Assembly (NCBI RefSeq): GCF_000014265.1
Contig: NC_008312.1
Location: 3,690,001 to 3,722,000 of the forward strand
Source: Trichodesmium erythraeum IMS101
Lineage (GTDB): Bacteria > Cyanobacteriota > Cyanobacteriia > Cyanobacteriales > Microcoleaceae
Length of the DNA: 32,000 nucleotides
Direction of reading: 5' to 3'
Positions 17,845 to 29,147 of this stretch are shown here, piece after piece. Position 1 is the first letter of the stretch. Each line of letters opens with the position of its first letter. The notes under the pieces were generated by a model. That model saw only the letters and a list, made by a program, of their open reading frames with translations, ran no database searches and was not told where the DNA came from. A program made the position numbers and the translations under genes.

Positions 17845-18957
17845 CTAGTTAAAATAATCTCGCACAATCTTGATAATTCTCTCGGAGGCATGACCATCAC
17901 CGAAAGGATTAATTGCCATTGCCATCTTTTTATATTTAGCATTATCACTCAATAATTCTTCAGCAACAGCCACAATATTACTAGAACTAGTCCCAACAAT
18001 TTTAGCTGTTCCAGCTATTATTGCTTCTGGTCTTTCCGTTGTTTCTCGTAATACTAAAACAGGTTTACCTAAACTTGGAGCTTCTTCCTGTAAACCCCCA
18101 GAATCAGTTAGGATTAAATAACAATTTTTAATTGCCCCTACCAACTCACTATAATCAAAAGGTTCCTCTAAAAATATTCTTGGATGACTCCCTAAAATTG
18201 CTTTTAAAGGTTCCCTAACTGTGGGATTTTTATGCAGAGGTAAAACCAAAGCAGTATCAGGAAATTTATCTAAAATTTGCAGAAATGCTTGAGCAATTTC
18301 TTTTAAAGGTTCCCCCCAATTTTCTCGCCGATGAACTGTTGCTAATATTACCCTATATTTTAACCAATCTAAACCATCAATATGACATATAGCTTGAGAT
18401 TTTGCTACCTTAAGTAAGGCATCAATTACCGTATTTCCTGTTTGATAAACTTTTCCTAATACTCCAGATTTTTGTAAATTTTCCACAGCTAAAGTTGTAG
18501 GAGCAAAATGCAATTGAGCTATCTGAGAAATTAAACGGCGGTTTACCTCTTCGGGATAGGGATTAAATAAATTATTAGTTCGTAAACCTGCCTCCAGATG
18601 ACCGACAGGAATTTTTTGATAAAATGCAGCTAGGGCAGCAGCAAAAGTGGTACTAGTATCTCCTTGAACTAATACTAATTTGGGCTTTAACTGTAGGAAT
18701 AATTCTTCTAGTCCTTGCAAACTTCGGCACATAATATCCGTCAATGTTTGTCTAGTTTGCATAATGGCTAAATCCTGGTTAGGATTAATATCAAATAATT
18801 TCATTACTTGGGCAACCATTTCTTTATGTTGACCAGTTAAAATTACCAGGGTTTTAAAATCAGGAGAGTTTTGAAAAAGTTGAATAACTGGTGCTAGTTT
18901 GATGGCTTCGGGGCGAGTTCCTAAGATAATTGCTATTTGGATCGGAATTTTTAGCAT
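17845..18957 (-). CDS. wecB: UDP-N-acetylglucosamine 2-epimerase (non-hydrolysing)
   Basis: 370-aa ORF with family blocks ILGTRPEAIKLAPV, VLVQGDTSTTFAAALAAFY, GHLEAGLRT, HRRENWGEP and LTDSGGLQEEAPSLGKPVLVLRETTERPE. Confidence 0.9.
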   Translation of the reverse strand: MLKIPIQIAIILGTRPEAIKLAPVIQLFQNSPDFKTLVILTGQHKEMVAQVMKLFDINPNQDLAIMQTRQTLTDIMCRSLQGLEELFLQLKPKLVLVQGDTSTTFAAALAAFYQKIPVGHLEAGLRTNNLFNPYPEEVNRRLISQIAQLHFAPTTLAVENLQKSGVLGKVYQTGNTVIDALLKVAKSQAICHIDGLDWLKYRVILATVHRRENWGEPLKEIAQAFLQILDKFPDTALVLPLHKNPTVREPLKAILGSHPRIFLEEPFDYSELVGAIKNCYLILTDSGGLQEEAPSLGKPVLVLRETTERPEAIIAGTAKIVGTSSSNIVAVAEELLSDNAKYKKMAMAINPFGDGHASERIIKIVRDYFN

Positions 18958-19171
18958 TTAAATTTAACTTTATATGTTTTGAGGCAATAATTATAATTAT
19001 ATAGTATTTTAGTCAAGTAGATATTCTATAACTAGAGAATATAGAGGTACTTATTACTGCAATTATCTCCCAAAAGTGAATCCTATATTTTATATTTCTG
19101 AAAGCTGAAAGCTAAGATTTAGTTGATTTATAATATTTTTATTATGAGTTTTTTTTTGCAGTTATAAAAAG

Positions 19172-20288
19172 TATAGCAATCCCATATTGGTCGCAACAGA
19201 TATAATAGTAAGAATAACAGATCTAAGAAAAAGACAAAAAATGAATATTATAGATAAACTAAATGATTTTATTAATCAAACAAAAGAGTCTAAAGAAATT
19301 AAAAGGGCCTTGGCCGTAAAAATGACCTTGTCAGGAAAATCCTACCATGAAGTCAAAGAATTATTAAATGTTTCTCACAGTTTTATTAGTGAATGGAAAA
19401 ACCAAGCATTATTTCATGGTGTAGAAAGTTTAAGGCTTCAGTATCAAGGGAGACAAGGTTACTTAAAAACGGTCGAAAAAGAGAAAACAATTGAGTGGTT
19501 GAGAGCACAAGATTATCTTAGGTTATCAGATTTAAAAAACTACTTACAGGAGCAATATGATGTGGTTTTTGAGTCTAATCAAAGTTACTATAACTTGTTT
19601 AAAGAAGCGGGCATAAGTTGGAAAAAAACTCAAAAAAAGAATCCTGCTAAAAATGATGAATTAGTAGAAGTTAAAAGAAAAGAAATAGAGGAATTTTTAG
19701 CTAAATGGCAACCAGAAATAGAAACTGGAAAGCTTACAGTGTTTATGATTGATGAATGTCATCTTCTATGGGGAGACATATTAGGTTATGCTTGGGGAAA
19801 AACAGATGAAAGAATAGAAATTGCAATTAAAAATGAAAAAGAAAGACAGACTTATTATGGAGCTTTAGACTATAAAACCAAGGAATTTCTTGTGCAAGAA
19901 TATGAGAGTGGAAATACTAAAAATACTATTGAATTTATTAAATATTTGCAGAAGCAAAGACCGGGCAACAAATTGGCAATATTTTGGGATGGGGCAACTT
20001 ACCATAACTCTCAAGAATTTCGAGAATATTTAATGACAATTAATCAATACTTATCAGAAGAAGAATTGTTGATAAATTGTACAAGATTTGCTCCCAATGC
20101 TCCGGAGCAAAATCCTGTTGAAGATATTTGGTTACAAACCAAAAATTTCAGTATTACTTTTTATCATCTTTGCAGTTCTTTTAAAGTAGTTAAGTGGCTA
20201 TTTAAGTTTTTTGCGGATGGTCAAATATTCAATTTCCCAAAACTTTTTCAGTATGAAATTTTGCCGCAACCTACTTAGGATTGCTATA
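19172..20288 (+). mobile_element. Intact IS630-family insertion sequence with imperfect terminal inverted repeats and a TA target duplication
   Basis: The left end is TA-TAGCAATCCCATATTGGTCGCAAC (from 19172). The reverse complement of the right end is TA-TAGCAATCCTAAGTAGGTTGCGGC (to 20288). A single transposase ORF lies between them. A flanking TA on both sides is expected for IS630/Tc1-mariner elements. Confidence 0.85.
19241..20278 (+). CDS. IS630 family transposase (HTH + DDE_3)
   Basis: The track ORF starts at a TTG (19187) inside the inverted repeat, so the ATG at 19241 (MNIIDKLNDF...) is the likelier start. Candidate DDE residues are visible in FMIDECHLLWGD, IFWDGATYHNS and APEQNPVEDIW. 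Confidence 0.85.
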   Translation: MNIIDKLNDFINQTKESKEIKRALAVKMTLSGKSYHEVKELLNVSHSFISEWKNQALFHGVESLRLQYQGRQGYLKTVEKEKTIEWLRAQDYLRLSDLKNYLQEQYDVVFESNQSYYNLFKEAGISWKKTQKKNPAKNDELVEVKRKEIEEFLAKWQPEIETGKLTVFMIDECHLLWGDILGYAWGKTDERIEIAIKNEKERQTYYGALDYKTKEFLVQEYESGNTKNTIEFIKYLQKQRPGNKLAIFWDGATYHNSQEFREYLMTINQYLSEEELLINCTRFAPNAPEQNPVEDIWLQTKNFSITFYHLCSSFKVVKWLFKFFADGQIFNFPKLFQYEILPQPT

Positions 20289-21075
20289 TATACTAATAAT
20301 AGTCTGTCAGGAAAAATATATGGGTTGTTAGCTGTGTAAAGTGTTATAATCAAAAGTATATAAAAATATATAATGATATTATAAAAAATCTCATATGTAC
20401 CCAAATTAGGGACCATAAATAATTGTAATTTTCCATAATATATCATTTATATTCAAAATAATTTAGGCTTAGTAGATCAAGTCATAGAAGCAAACAATGA
20501 TGAAGAATGCTGGGAAAAATATAGTCTAAAAATACCTGATTTAATTATAATAATTAAATTTGCTAACTTTGAGGTTTTAACTAAAGTTACTAAATGTCCT
20601 GTGTTTGAAGAATATATAGAGAGGGAATGGCAAAAAATGGTCAGGAAAAAAGTACTCATAGTTTTGGTTCTATGTGACGTTGACTATTTTAAGGACTACA
20701 ACGATGCTTATGTTCCTCAAGTAAGATATAGCTGTCTCTAAATAATTGCTAATGTGATCTGATTAAAGCAGAACTCAAGAGAACAGAAGACTTAGTAGCA
20801 CTTTACGTCAGGAAAAATTTATAATTTGTAATGGTATTGCCTCGAATAGATGCTCAATATGGATTTTTAATAGCAGAATTTATCTGTCAGATACTTTTAG
20901 GTTTAAAGTTATTTCATACTGGTTCTTAAATATCAGAATTTGTTACCATGAGTTTAGGTGTAGAAAGTACTATTCTTTTAAGATATTTTTCCTGGGAAAA
21001 ATTGCTTAAAATAGCATCTGAAGCCCTCTATAAAATCCAGAGATAAGGACGTAATTATACGATTATTAAAACTTT
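20289..21075 (+). pseudogene. Decayed response-regulator receiver + GGDEF (diguanylate cyclase) gene, interrupted near its 5' end by the IS630
   Basis: Hand translation gives GLVDQVIEANNDEECWEKYSLKIPDLIIIIKFANFEVLTKV (receiver-like), then VLCDVDYFKDYNDAY..VRYSCL*IIANVI, ELKRTEDLVALY, VTMSLGVES and ASEALYKIQR*GRNY. Compare the GGDEF pattern DIDHFKxYNDxYGHxxGDxxLxxIA...DLVARYGGEEF...VTxSxGVA...ADxALYxAKxxGRN. There are many stops and frameshifts, and the GGEEF motif itself is unreadable. Confidence 0.7.
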
Positions 21076-21107
21076 TTGCACTACTAATTTTTCTAATTAT
21101 ATTATAG

Positions 21108-21713
21108 ATGAAATTTATGGTTTATCGCTATATTTTATTTAATAAGCCTTATAATGTTTTGAGTCAGTTTACTGATAACCGTAATGTTAAGCATCGATCT
21201 TCTACTCTTAAAGAGTATATTTCAGTTGATTCAGTTTATCCAGTTGGCAGATTAGACCAAGATAGTGAAGGTCTTTTATTATTAACAAACCATGGACAGC
21301 TTCAATATCGACTAAGTGATCCTAAGTTTGCTCATCCTCGTACTTATTGGGTACAAGTAGAACGAATACCAGATACAATAGCATTAAAGCAACTACAAGA
21401 GGGTGTAATGATCAAAAATTATCAAACACGACCCGCAAAAGTTAAATTGTTATCTAACGAACCTCTGTTACCATCGCGCCATCCACCAATTCGATTTCGC
21501 AAAACTGTACCTACTGCATGGTTAGAAATCACTCTCACAGAAGGTCGAAATCGTCAAGTACGAAGGATGACAGCAGCAGTAGGTTTTCCTACACTTCGGT
21601 TAGTTAGGATAGCGATCGCTAATCTTCGTCTTGAGGGACTAAAACCTGGCGAGTGGCGAGACCTAAATTTAAGTGAAATTCAATCTCTCAAGAACTACCT
21701 CGGCTTAGGATAA
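21108..21713 (+). CDS. RsuA/RluE-family rRNA pseudouridine synthase
   Basis: 201-aa ORF with [15 protein letters not shown], the catalytic-Asp block [20 protein letters not shown], and [13 protein letters not shown]. It most resembles RluE-type enzymes, which lack an S4 domain. Confidence 0.8.
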   Translation: MKFMVYRYILFNKPYNVLSQFTDNRNVKHRSSTLKEYISVDSVYPVGRLDQDSEGLLLLTNHGQLQYRLSDPKFAHPRTYWVQVERIPDTIALKQLQEGVMIKNYQTRPAKVKLLSNEPLLPSRHPPIRFRKTVPTAWLEITLTEGRNRQVRRMTAAVGFPTLRLVRIAIANLRLEGLKPGEWRDLNLSEIQSLKNYLGLG

Positions 21714-22375
21714 CAAATTGATTCTGGTTTCAATTGTGCTTGATGTTCACACTGAAAACCTTTCTGACACCATTGTGTCATATTTACCTGTGAGAGTTTG
21801 ACCACATCTGTACATTTTGCTTCTATTACCTTACTTGCTAACGCCCACATTAAACTACGAATTACATCTACTGCTGTCTTGAGAGGAGATTCTTGATTTC
21901 CTGGTATACCTATTTCCTGAACAATATCAGTTTCTACCCAAATTCCATGAGTACCCAAAATAATTTGTGCCAACCACTTTGCCCTGGGCAAATGACTAGG
22001 AGATGTCACCAGTTTAATATGTTGTACTCCCCATTCTTCTAAAATTGGCATAGTAAAAAAGAAATTACTAAAAGTAGATTTAGCGCAATGTTCTAACCAA
22101 ACTCCATCTAAAGGAACATTTTCCCGTTGAAATAATTTCACAATACAGGGGTCTTTAGAACCAGCAGAAATGAGTATAGGTATATGAGGATATTGTTTAG
22201 CCACTTGAGTAATATAAATTTCCCGTTTAATACTACCACCCAAAACTAAGTAAGCATCAACGGGAGCTTTGGCTGCTGAGTTTAGGGAAATAGTATTCCC
22301 TACTATGCAAACTAACGTGTAAGAAGCTATGGACAAAAGTATCAGCAGCAGTATGTTTTTAGTTTTCTTGTGCAC
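21695..22375 (-). CDS. DUF218 (YdcF/ElyC/SanA family) protein with an N-terminal membrane anchor
   Basis: 226-aa ORF with a TM helix followed by [15 protein letters not shown]...PILISAGS and [10 protein letters not shown], typical of DUF218. Its 3' end overlaps the convergent pseudouridine synthase gene by 19 bp. Confidence 0.7.
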   Translation of the reverse strand: MHKKTKNILLLILLSIASYTLVCIVGNTISLNSAAKAPVDAYLVLGGSIKREIYITQVAKQYPHIPILISAGSKDPCIVKLFQRENVPLDGVWLEHCAKSTFSNFFFTMPILEEWGVQHIKLVTSPSHLPRAKWLAQIILGTHGIWVETDIVQEIGIPGNQESPLKTAVDVIRSLMWALASKVIEAKCTDVVKLSQVNMTQWCQKGFQCEHQAQLKPESICYPKPR

Positions 22376-22585
22376 GACAAATGATTTGACTTTCTCTCAT
22401 ATAAATTGTAGTCATTTCAAATTTTGAATAAAACACTTTTTGACCTGAAACTTTTTTACAAAAATAAAGCTTTGTCTCAGTTTAAACTGAAATGACTATA
22501 TTTGAAATTCTATCATGTCAAGCAGGTTAAGTTCTTTGGGGCTTACTTAAAATTAAGCTACCAGATCTGATTTTAATATTTTCCT

Positions 22586-23398
22586 CTAATCTGAAGATTC
22601 TGGCAAGAGAAAAAGCTTTTCTCCATTTTCACTCATTTCCACTTTCCCACCAAGTTCGATAATTTCTTGTTGAGCGCGCTCTTTTACCCTTGAGTCTTGT
22701 GTTTGATAATATACCCATAACCAGGCGTTGAACTTGATTAATTTACTATCTGGATCTGTCTTGAGAAATTCTGCTGTGTTTTTAAACAGAGAGCTTAATT
22801 CTTGGTATGATGTATTCTCAGTCCATTTTGCTGCCATTTCGTGAGAACGAATTGCCCCTGGAATATCACCTACTAATAATAATTGATCGATCCCTTTTAA
22901 TCTCCATACTTGCCAAGCTTCCGGATCTATTTGTGGGGAAAGTGCATCGGTGCCACGGGTCATATATTCTACAGCTACTTTGGGTTTACCTTGATATATA
23001 GATAAAGAGTTGGAAAGGAATAGGTATATATCAACCCATTTGGGATCTAAATGGGTGATGATATCAAAATAATCTTCGCTTAAGGAATAACCTGTTTGAT
23101 TTCTGGCTACCTCATCCCCGAAATATTGGATGAACTGGAGGAATGCCCAATCTGCAATTAAATTATCAAACCCAAAAGTGGGAGATGTTTTCAATAGCTT
23201 AAGCTGAAACTGCAAAGCTTCTTTTTGTTCGGCTAAGGCTGCATCTGTTGAGTCTAAAATAATTTTTTCTTTTAAGGGTGAACCTTCTGGTGGCCAGAGT
23301 ACTTGCAAGCTGATCGTACCTGTTAAAGCTATGATAGAAATTGCTAGATTTACTAATGAACCTAGCCAATTTAGGGTTTTGGCTTTGGTTTTGATCAT
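22586..23398 (-). CDS. Hypothetical membrane-anchored protein (helical-repeat-like), no family assigned
   Basis: 270-aa ORF with an N-terminal TM helix (LGSLVNLAISIIALTGTISL) and ordinary coding composition. No motif recognised. Confidence 0.6.
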   Translation of the reverse strand: MIKTKAKTLNWLGSLVNLAISIIALTGTISLQVLWPPEGSPLKEKIILDSTDAALAEQKEALQFQLKLLKTSPTFGFDNLIADWAFLQFIQYFGDEVARNQTGYSLSEDYFDIITHLDPKWVDIYLFLSNSLSIYQGKPKVAVEYMTRGTDALSPQIDPEAWQVWRLKGIDQLLLVGDIPGAIRSHEMAAKWTENTSYQELSSLFKNTAEFLKTDPDSKLIKFNAWLWVYYQTQDSRVKERAQQEIIELGGKVEMSENGEKLFLLPESSD

Positions 23399-24163
23399 TT
23401 CTCAAATTTTCCTGTTAATAAAATTAATTATTAAAATTTTTGAGCCCAAAATTAGGTAAATTTTATACCCTGACAAATATCATACGTCTAAATATTTGAT
23501 ATTTTCCATTTTTTCTAAATTATTTACTAATTTTTTTGACTCCGGATGAGCCATCAGTAGGATAATTTTTTAACGTGGATGCCTTCTAAGTCATGCAGTG
23601 TAAGATTTTCCGATTTTAACCATAATTCTCAAAGCTGTTAATTTAGTTTTTTCTTAAGGAGGCTAGCTGTTTGTGTTTTTGGCTGTCACTGACATGACAT
23701 GCTATTTAATATTAATGCCTAGAATCCTCTATATACCTATTCTCCTATCGAAATGCTAAAAACTGATAGCTAGTTAAGTATTTGCTTTGAAAACTCTGGT
23801 ATAATTAAATAGGTTAGGTTAAGTATTTTTACAATTACTTTTGATATTTTGAGTTTGTTAGCTAAAATATTTATTTGTTAAGAGCTCAATTTTTGGCATT
23901 GATCATTAATTTTTTAATTCTAGGTACTATAGTGGTTTCAAATAAAAATAATACGGCCAAAATTGTGATATAAAAGAATTGTATTTATCATTTTATAATG
24001 ATAAGTGTATCAATCTTAACTGAAATGACCATACAATTTTGCAGATACTGAATTTTCTAGGGACTTACAGATATAATGGTTTATATTCTAATATAGATTT
24101 ACTGTAAAGTATCATAAGCTTAGTCGAAAAGTCAACTAAATATCTAATTACCAATAAAAATCA

Positions 24164-25468
24164 ATGAACATAGCTTCAATACACTCTCTTTTTAAAAATA
24201 TTTTATATAGTGGAGCGATCGCCACAACAGCAGCTATATCTTTATTGGCCCCTAGCTTAAGTAAACCTGCTGAAGCAAATTTAGAAAATAGCCCCAAAGT
24301 AGTTTTGGACGAAGCATGGCAAATTGTCAACCGCGAGTATGTTGATGGTAGTTTTAATCATACAGACTGGAAAGCTACTCGCAAAAGTTTATTAGAGAAA
24401 AACTATACTTCCCAGGAAAAAGCTTACGAGGCATTAAGGCAAGCTCTAGACCAACTCAATGATCCTTATACTCGTTTTTTAGACCCAGAACAGTTTAAAG
24501 CTCTAACGAGTCAAACATCAGGAGAAATGTCTGGAGTGGGAATGCAACTGAAGCAAGAAGAACTTACCAAGACGATCGTTGTAGTAGACGTTGTGGAAAA
24601 TTCTCCAGCGATGAAGGGAGGTTTATTACCAGGAGATCAAATTCAAGAAATTGATGGTAAATCTACTTCTGATTTAAGTGTATCGGCAGCGGCTAAACTG
24701 ATTCGAGGTGATGTGGGTACAAAGGTAATGCTAGGAGTTATTCGCCCTGGAGATAGGGAATTTGAGGTGACTTTGACAAGGGCAAGAATTGAATTACAGG
24801 CAGTTCGTTACGATCTCAAGCAGGAAAAAAATCAACGTATTGGGTATATCCGTTTACAAGAATTTAGCGCCCATGCTGGAGAACAGATGCAAAGAGCAAT
24901 AGAGAAATTGAATAATCAAAATCCTGATGGTTATGTTTTAGACTTACGGGGCAACCCAGGGGGTTTATTGCGTATTAGTATAGATATTGCTAGGATGTGG
25001 ATGGATAAAGGTGCTATTGTCAGCACTGTAGACCGAGATGGTGACAGACAAGAAGTGTTGGCAGACCGTTCTGCTTTGACTGATAAACCAATAGTGGTTT
25101 TAGTAGATGGTGACTCGGCAAGTGCTAGTGAAATTCTGGCAGGAGCGCTCAAAGATAATGGTCGTGCTACAATTATAGGGGATCAGACTTTTGGGAAAGC
25201 TTTGGTACAGTCGGTGCATTCGTTATCAGATGGTTCTGGTTTGGCTGTAACTATTGCTCACTACTATACTCCGAAAGGAACTGATATTAGTAAAAAAGGT
25301 GTGACTCCTGATGTGGTTCTTAATTTGACGGACTCTCAAAAACGACGCTTATATCGGCGTCCAGAAGCGATCGCGACTAGTTCTGACCCCTATTATGCTC
25401 GAGCTATTAATCTTTTGAGAAATGAAGTATTGTTAAGTCCATTGATCTTAGGGGAACAAGAAAATTAA
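24164..25468 (+). CDS. ctpA: Carboxyl-terminal processing protease (S41A, PDZ-containing; CtpA/B/C family)
   Basis: 434-aa ORF with an N-terminal signal or anchor, a PDZ block (GVGMQL...VVDVVENSPAMKGGLLPGDQIQEIDG), LDLRGNPGG, the catalytic Ser block VLVDGDSASASEILAGALKD and the Lys block TFGKALVQS. Which paralog it is cannot be decided from sequence alone. Confidence 0.85.
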   Translation: MNIASIHSLFKNILYSGAIATTAAISLLAPSLSKPAEANLENSPKVVLDEAWQIVNREYVDGSFNHTDWKATRKSLLEKNYTSQEKAYEALRQALDQLNDPYTRFLDPEQFKALTSQTSGEMSGVGMQLKQEELTKTIVVVDVVENSPAMKGGLLPGDQIQEIDGKSTSDLSVSAAAKLIRGDVGTKVMLGVIRPGDREFEVTLTRARIELQAVRYDLKQEKNQRIGYIRLQEFSAHAGEQMQRAIEKLNNQNPDGYVLDLRGNPGGLLRISIDIARMWMDKGAIVSTVDRDGDRQEVLADRSALTDKPIVVLVDGDSASASEILAGALKDNGRATIIGDQTFGKALVQSVHSLSDGSGLAVTIAHYYTPKGTDISKKGVTPDVVLNLTDSQKRRLYRRPEAIATSSDPYYARAINLLRNEVLLSPLILGEQEN

Positions 25469-25521
25469 ATTAATAAGTGTTGATTTGATTTAAGGTTCTC
25501 CAGGTGCTCGCTGATCCAGGT

Positions 25522-26031
25522 TTAATTTTTACGCAACTGCAAAACTAAGTGAACTAATTCCGGTAGGATTAAGTTTTTTATAGCTAGCTTAACTGCATTA
25601 GTAGAACCTGGAAGTGAAAATACTAATTTACTTTGATAAACACCAGCAACAGCACGAGAAGCGATCGCCCGGGAACCAATTTCTTGATAACTCAACCACC
25701 GAAATAATTCCCCAAAACCAGGTAAAGTTTTTTCTAGTAAATGTTCAATAGCATCATAAGTAGTATCTCTGGGAGCTATTCCTGTTCCGCCGTTAAAAAT
25801 TACAGCATCTATATCATCTCGTTGACATAGAGCTTCCATTTGTGCGACTACTGCCAATTTTTCATCTTTGATAATCAGATATTCTGTTATAGAATGACCA
25901 GAACTTCTCAGAATTTCCTGAAGTAACTGACCACTTTTATCTGTTTCTCCTGTGCGGGTGTCACTAACAGTAATTACAGCACAACCCAAGGAAATATTCT
26001 CAGGATCAGGATGAGGAATTTGTTTATTCAT
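25522..26031 (-). CDS. moaB: Molybdenum cofactor biosynthesis protein B (MoaB/MogA family)
   Basis: 169-aa ORF with AVITVSDTRT..TDKSG, IFNGGTGIAPRDTTYDA, GFGELFR and LPGSTNAVKLA. Confidence 0.85.
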   Translation of the reverse strand: MNKQIPHPDPENISLGCAVITVSDTRTGETDKSGQLLQEILRSSGHSITEYLIIKDEKLAVVAQMEALCQRDDIDAVIFNGGTGIAPRDTTYDAIEHLLEKTLPGFGELFRWLSYQEIGSRAIASRAVAGVYQSKLVFSLPGSTNAVKLAIKNLILPELVHLVLQLRKN

Positions 26032-26163
26032 TCAAATAACCTAATCTGGTAAAGAGTTAATTTAGTCAAGTATATATTGTCAAAGACCCCTTTATAGTTT
26101 TGAGAACTTAACGGTGAGTTATTTGTTCTCTGCTTTGCAAAAGTCTATAGAAGTAGCTAGATA

Positions 26164-26204
26164 TTCCCAGGCTCAAAATTGCTCAAAATTTGCTAGCCTG
26201 GGGA
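26164..26204 (-). terminator. Stem-loop immediately 3' of psb28 (terminator or mRNA-stabilising hairpin)
   Basis: The arms ttcccaggct and agcctggggaa pair for about 10 bp around a 21-nt loop that contains the direct repeat gctcaaaatt/gctcaaaattt. The stem starts 6 nt after the psb28 stop. No clear U-tract follows on the minus strand, so confidence is modest. Confidence 0.35.
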
Positions 26205-26209
26205 ACTTA

Positions 26210-26572
26210 TCAAGCCTTAGCCTTTTTAAATCCTAAGTCATGCTCTTTAGCATAACTCTCCATAAAGCGCATAAAACGCTCCCATTCTTGCTTAGTCTTC
26301 ATAACATAAAGTCCCTCAAGGAATTTAGGCTGACCATTAACAAATCTGGCCTTAACGTCACGACTAGTTATTTGGCCTTCTTCATCAATCATATACATCC
26401 CTGTAATTTCTTGAGTAACATCTTGGCCTAAAGCCTTGGGATCTTCAAAAATCAATGTAGCTGTTCCCTGGTTACCACTACGAGAACGAGTTAGACGCAC
26501 TTCTGGTGTTACTTCTTCATCTATTCCTTGAATAAACTGAATTGTAGTCAACTTTTTGTCAATTGTAGTCAT
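26210..26572 (-). CDS. psb28: Photosystem II reaction centre protein Psb28
   Basis: The sequence IQFIQGIDEEVTPEVRLTRSRSGNQGTATLIFEDP...ITGMYMIDEEGQITSRDVKARFVNGQPKFLEGLYVMKTKQEWERFMRFMESYAKEHDLGF is a clear Psb28 match. The track start (26596) is a TTG; the ATG at 26572 (MTTIDKKLTTIQF) gives a more typical length. Confidence 0.9.
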   Translation of the reverse strand: MTTIDKKLTTIQFIQGIDEEVTPEVRLTRSRSGNQGTATLIFEDPKALGQDVTQEITGMYMIDEEGQITSRDVKARFVNGQPKFLEGLYVMKTKQEWERFMRFMESYAKEHDLGFKKAKA

Positions 26573-26665
26573 TAGTATTTTTGTAATCCTTAACAAATCA
26601 TTAAAATATTATTATAAACAGAAAAACTCTCTTCTATAACCCTAGATTTACAAGAACCTCTACTT

Positions 26666-27640
26666 TTAATTTAGGGCAAGGAAATACTGGCAGAGGCAAA
26701 TAAGTAGATCAACTCTCAAATAATTGCCAAATAAATTTTCTACATAACCCGCAGAAGAACCACCATGAATAGAATTAACTCTTAAAGATTTTCTATCTTT
26801 AGATAAATCATACCTAAAAGATTGAATCACAGAAAATAAAATCTTATACTTTCTTGTGCTAGAGATGTAGCTAGAAACTTGAACATCAAATTTTTTCAAA
26901 GCTTCAATACTCTTAGATACAGTAGGGTGAGTAGTATCAAGTTCAGCAGTTAGTGTTTGTTCCAAAACTTTTATCATCCTTATACAACCTTCTGACTCAA
27001 AGCCTGCCTTTGCTGAATATAAATATCTTATCTCATCATCTTCAAATTCTCTGTTAGGACTTTCTTCAGCCAAGGTTTGTCCCAACTCTTCATTTTTTTT
27101 TAGGCAAGAATTTCATCTATTCTTTTTTTTGATTTGCCTTTAACTGTTGATGACTAGCACGACCCAATATAGAATCACTAATTGCCCCTACTCTGTCGCC
27201 AAATATTCTTGCTACACCACCTTCAACAGACAGGCCAGTTGCCCCTGCTTGAGTATCCTACTTTTGTGCCAAAACTTCTTGTTCAGCTTCTTGTTTAATT
27301 TTTTCAATTAAGCCTGCTTTTTCCACAGGAGGCAAAGCTATGTACTTTTCAGTATGATGTGCTATTTAATGGCCAACCAGACAAGCTACTGTAGGAGATG
27401 CTTTTGCAACTTGCTCTAAAATACCATTGTATAGAGGAATAAGGTTAACATATTTTGGCAAAAGCTAATGTCGTATTCTGGAATAATTTAGTATCTCCCA
27501 AGGTTTTTCATCTCGTTTATTGGCCATGACAGAGTCTGGGATTTGATACAGTGCATAGAAGTCTTTAGATAGCTCTTCTTTGGCCTATTGGTATATATTT
27601 TTTGGTTGTTTGGTCTCAGTTGTTTGTTTTGTTGGGGTAT
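26666..27640 (-). pseudogene. Decayed M48-family metallopeptidase gene
   Basis: Hand translation of the minus strand gives ...ACLVGH*IAHHTEKY..., an HExxH motif whose Glu codon is TAA at 27366-27368. The C-terminal piece (track ORF 26666-27085) reads NREFEDDEIRYLYSAKAGFESEG ... DTTHPTVSKSIEALKK. Compare ExEADxxGxxxxxxAGYxPxG...STHPxxxxRIxxL in M48 enzymes. There are at least five in-frame stops and one or more frameshifts at homopolymer runs near 27085-27130. Confidence 0.7.
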
Positions 27641-28064
27641 AATTCTCCGATGATATGGGAGATGTGGGGTTAGCTTGAAATGATGTTGATGGGTAGATAG
27701 AAAAAGTGTGATTGCTGTTAGTGTACTTAGTATAGTTTTGATTTTTAAAATACAGCACTTTCTATTATTATCAGCTACAGCTACAGGGGAAAGATACCTA
27801 AACTACATGATTTTCACTATTTACTGTGTACATCATTTGCTCCTTATTTGCTGTATATTTAGATTCAAAGTTAAACTAATTTTTTTTTCTGCAAGTAATA
27901 GGTTAAAAGTACAAAAAGATAGGGTTGCTAATATTTAATGTTAGATATTAGTTTTTCTCAATTTTTTATTACATCCTATTCACTCTATTTTTTCAATTTT
28001 TTATTGATTTGGTAATTGGGTATTTCCAATTTAAAGTGTTTTTTTTAAGGGGTATACAGTTATA

Positions 28065-29147
<1,083 letters not shown>

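Noticed and set aside
20198-20659. Two minus-strand ORFs (82 aa and 60 aa) after the IS630
   Set aside because: They lie antisense to the decayed receiver/GGDEF reading frames and to the IS end. The Ile/Leu/Tyr-rich translations reflect AT-rich non-coding DNA.
21695-21713. 19-bp overlap of the convergent 3' ends of the pseudouridine synthase and DUF218 genes
   Set aside because: Short convergent overlaps are common, and either stop-proximal tail may be non-essential. Nothing suggests a special mechanism.
22417-22498. 11-bp inverted repeat tagtcatttca / tgaaatgacta plus the 12-bp palindrome cagtttaaactg, located between the 270-aa gene and the DUF218 gene
   Set aside because: The loop is about 60 nt and there is no U-tract. 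It may be a weak terminator or operator, but the evidence is a single AT-rich inverted repeat.
27708-27938. 76-aa plus-strand ORF upstream of the ABC ATPase gene
   Set aside because: Hydrophobic, low-complexity product of an AT-rich spacer. No RBS and no motif.
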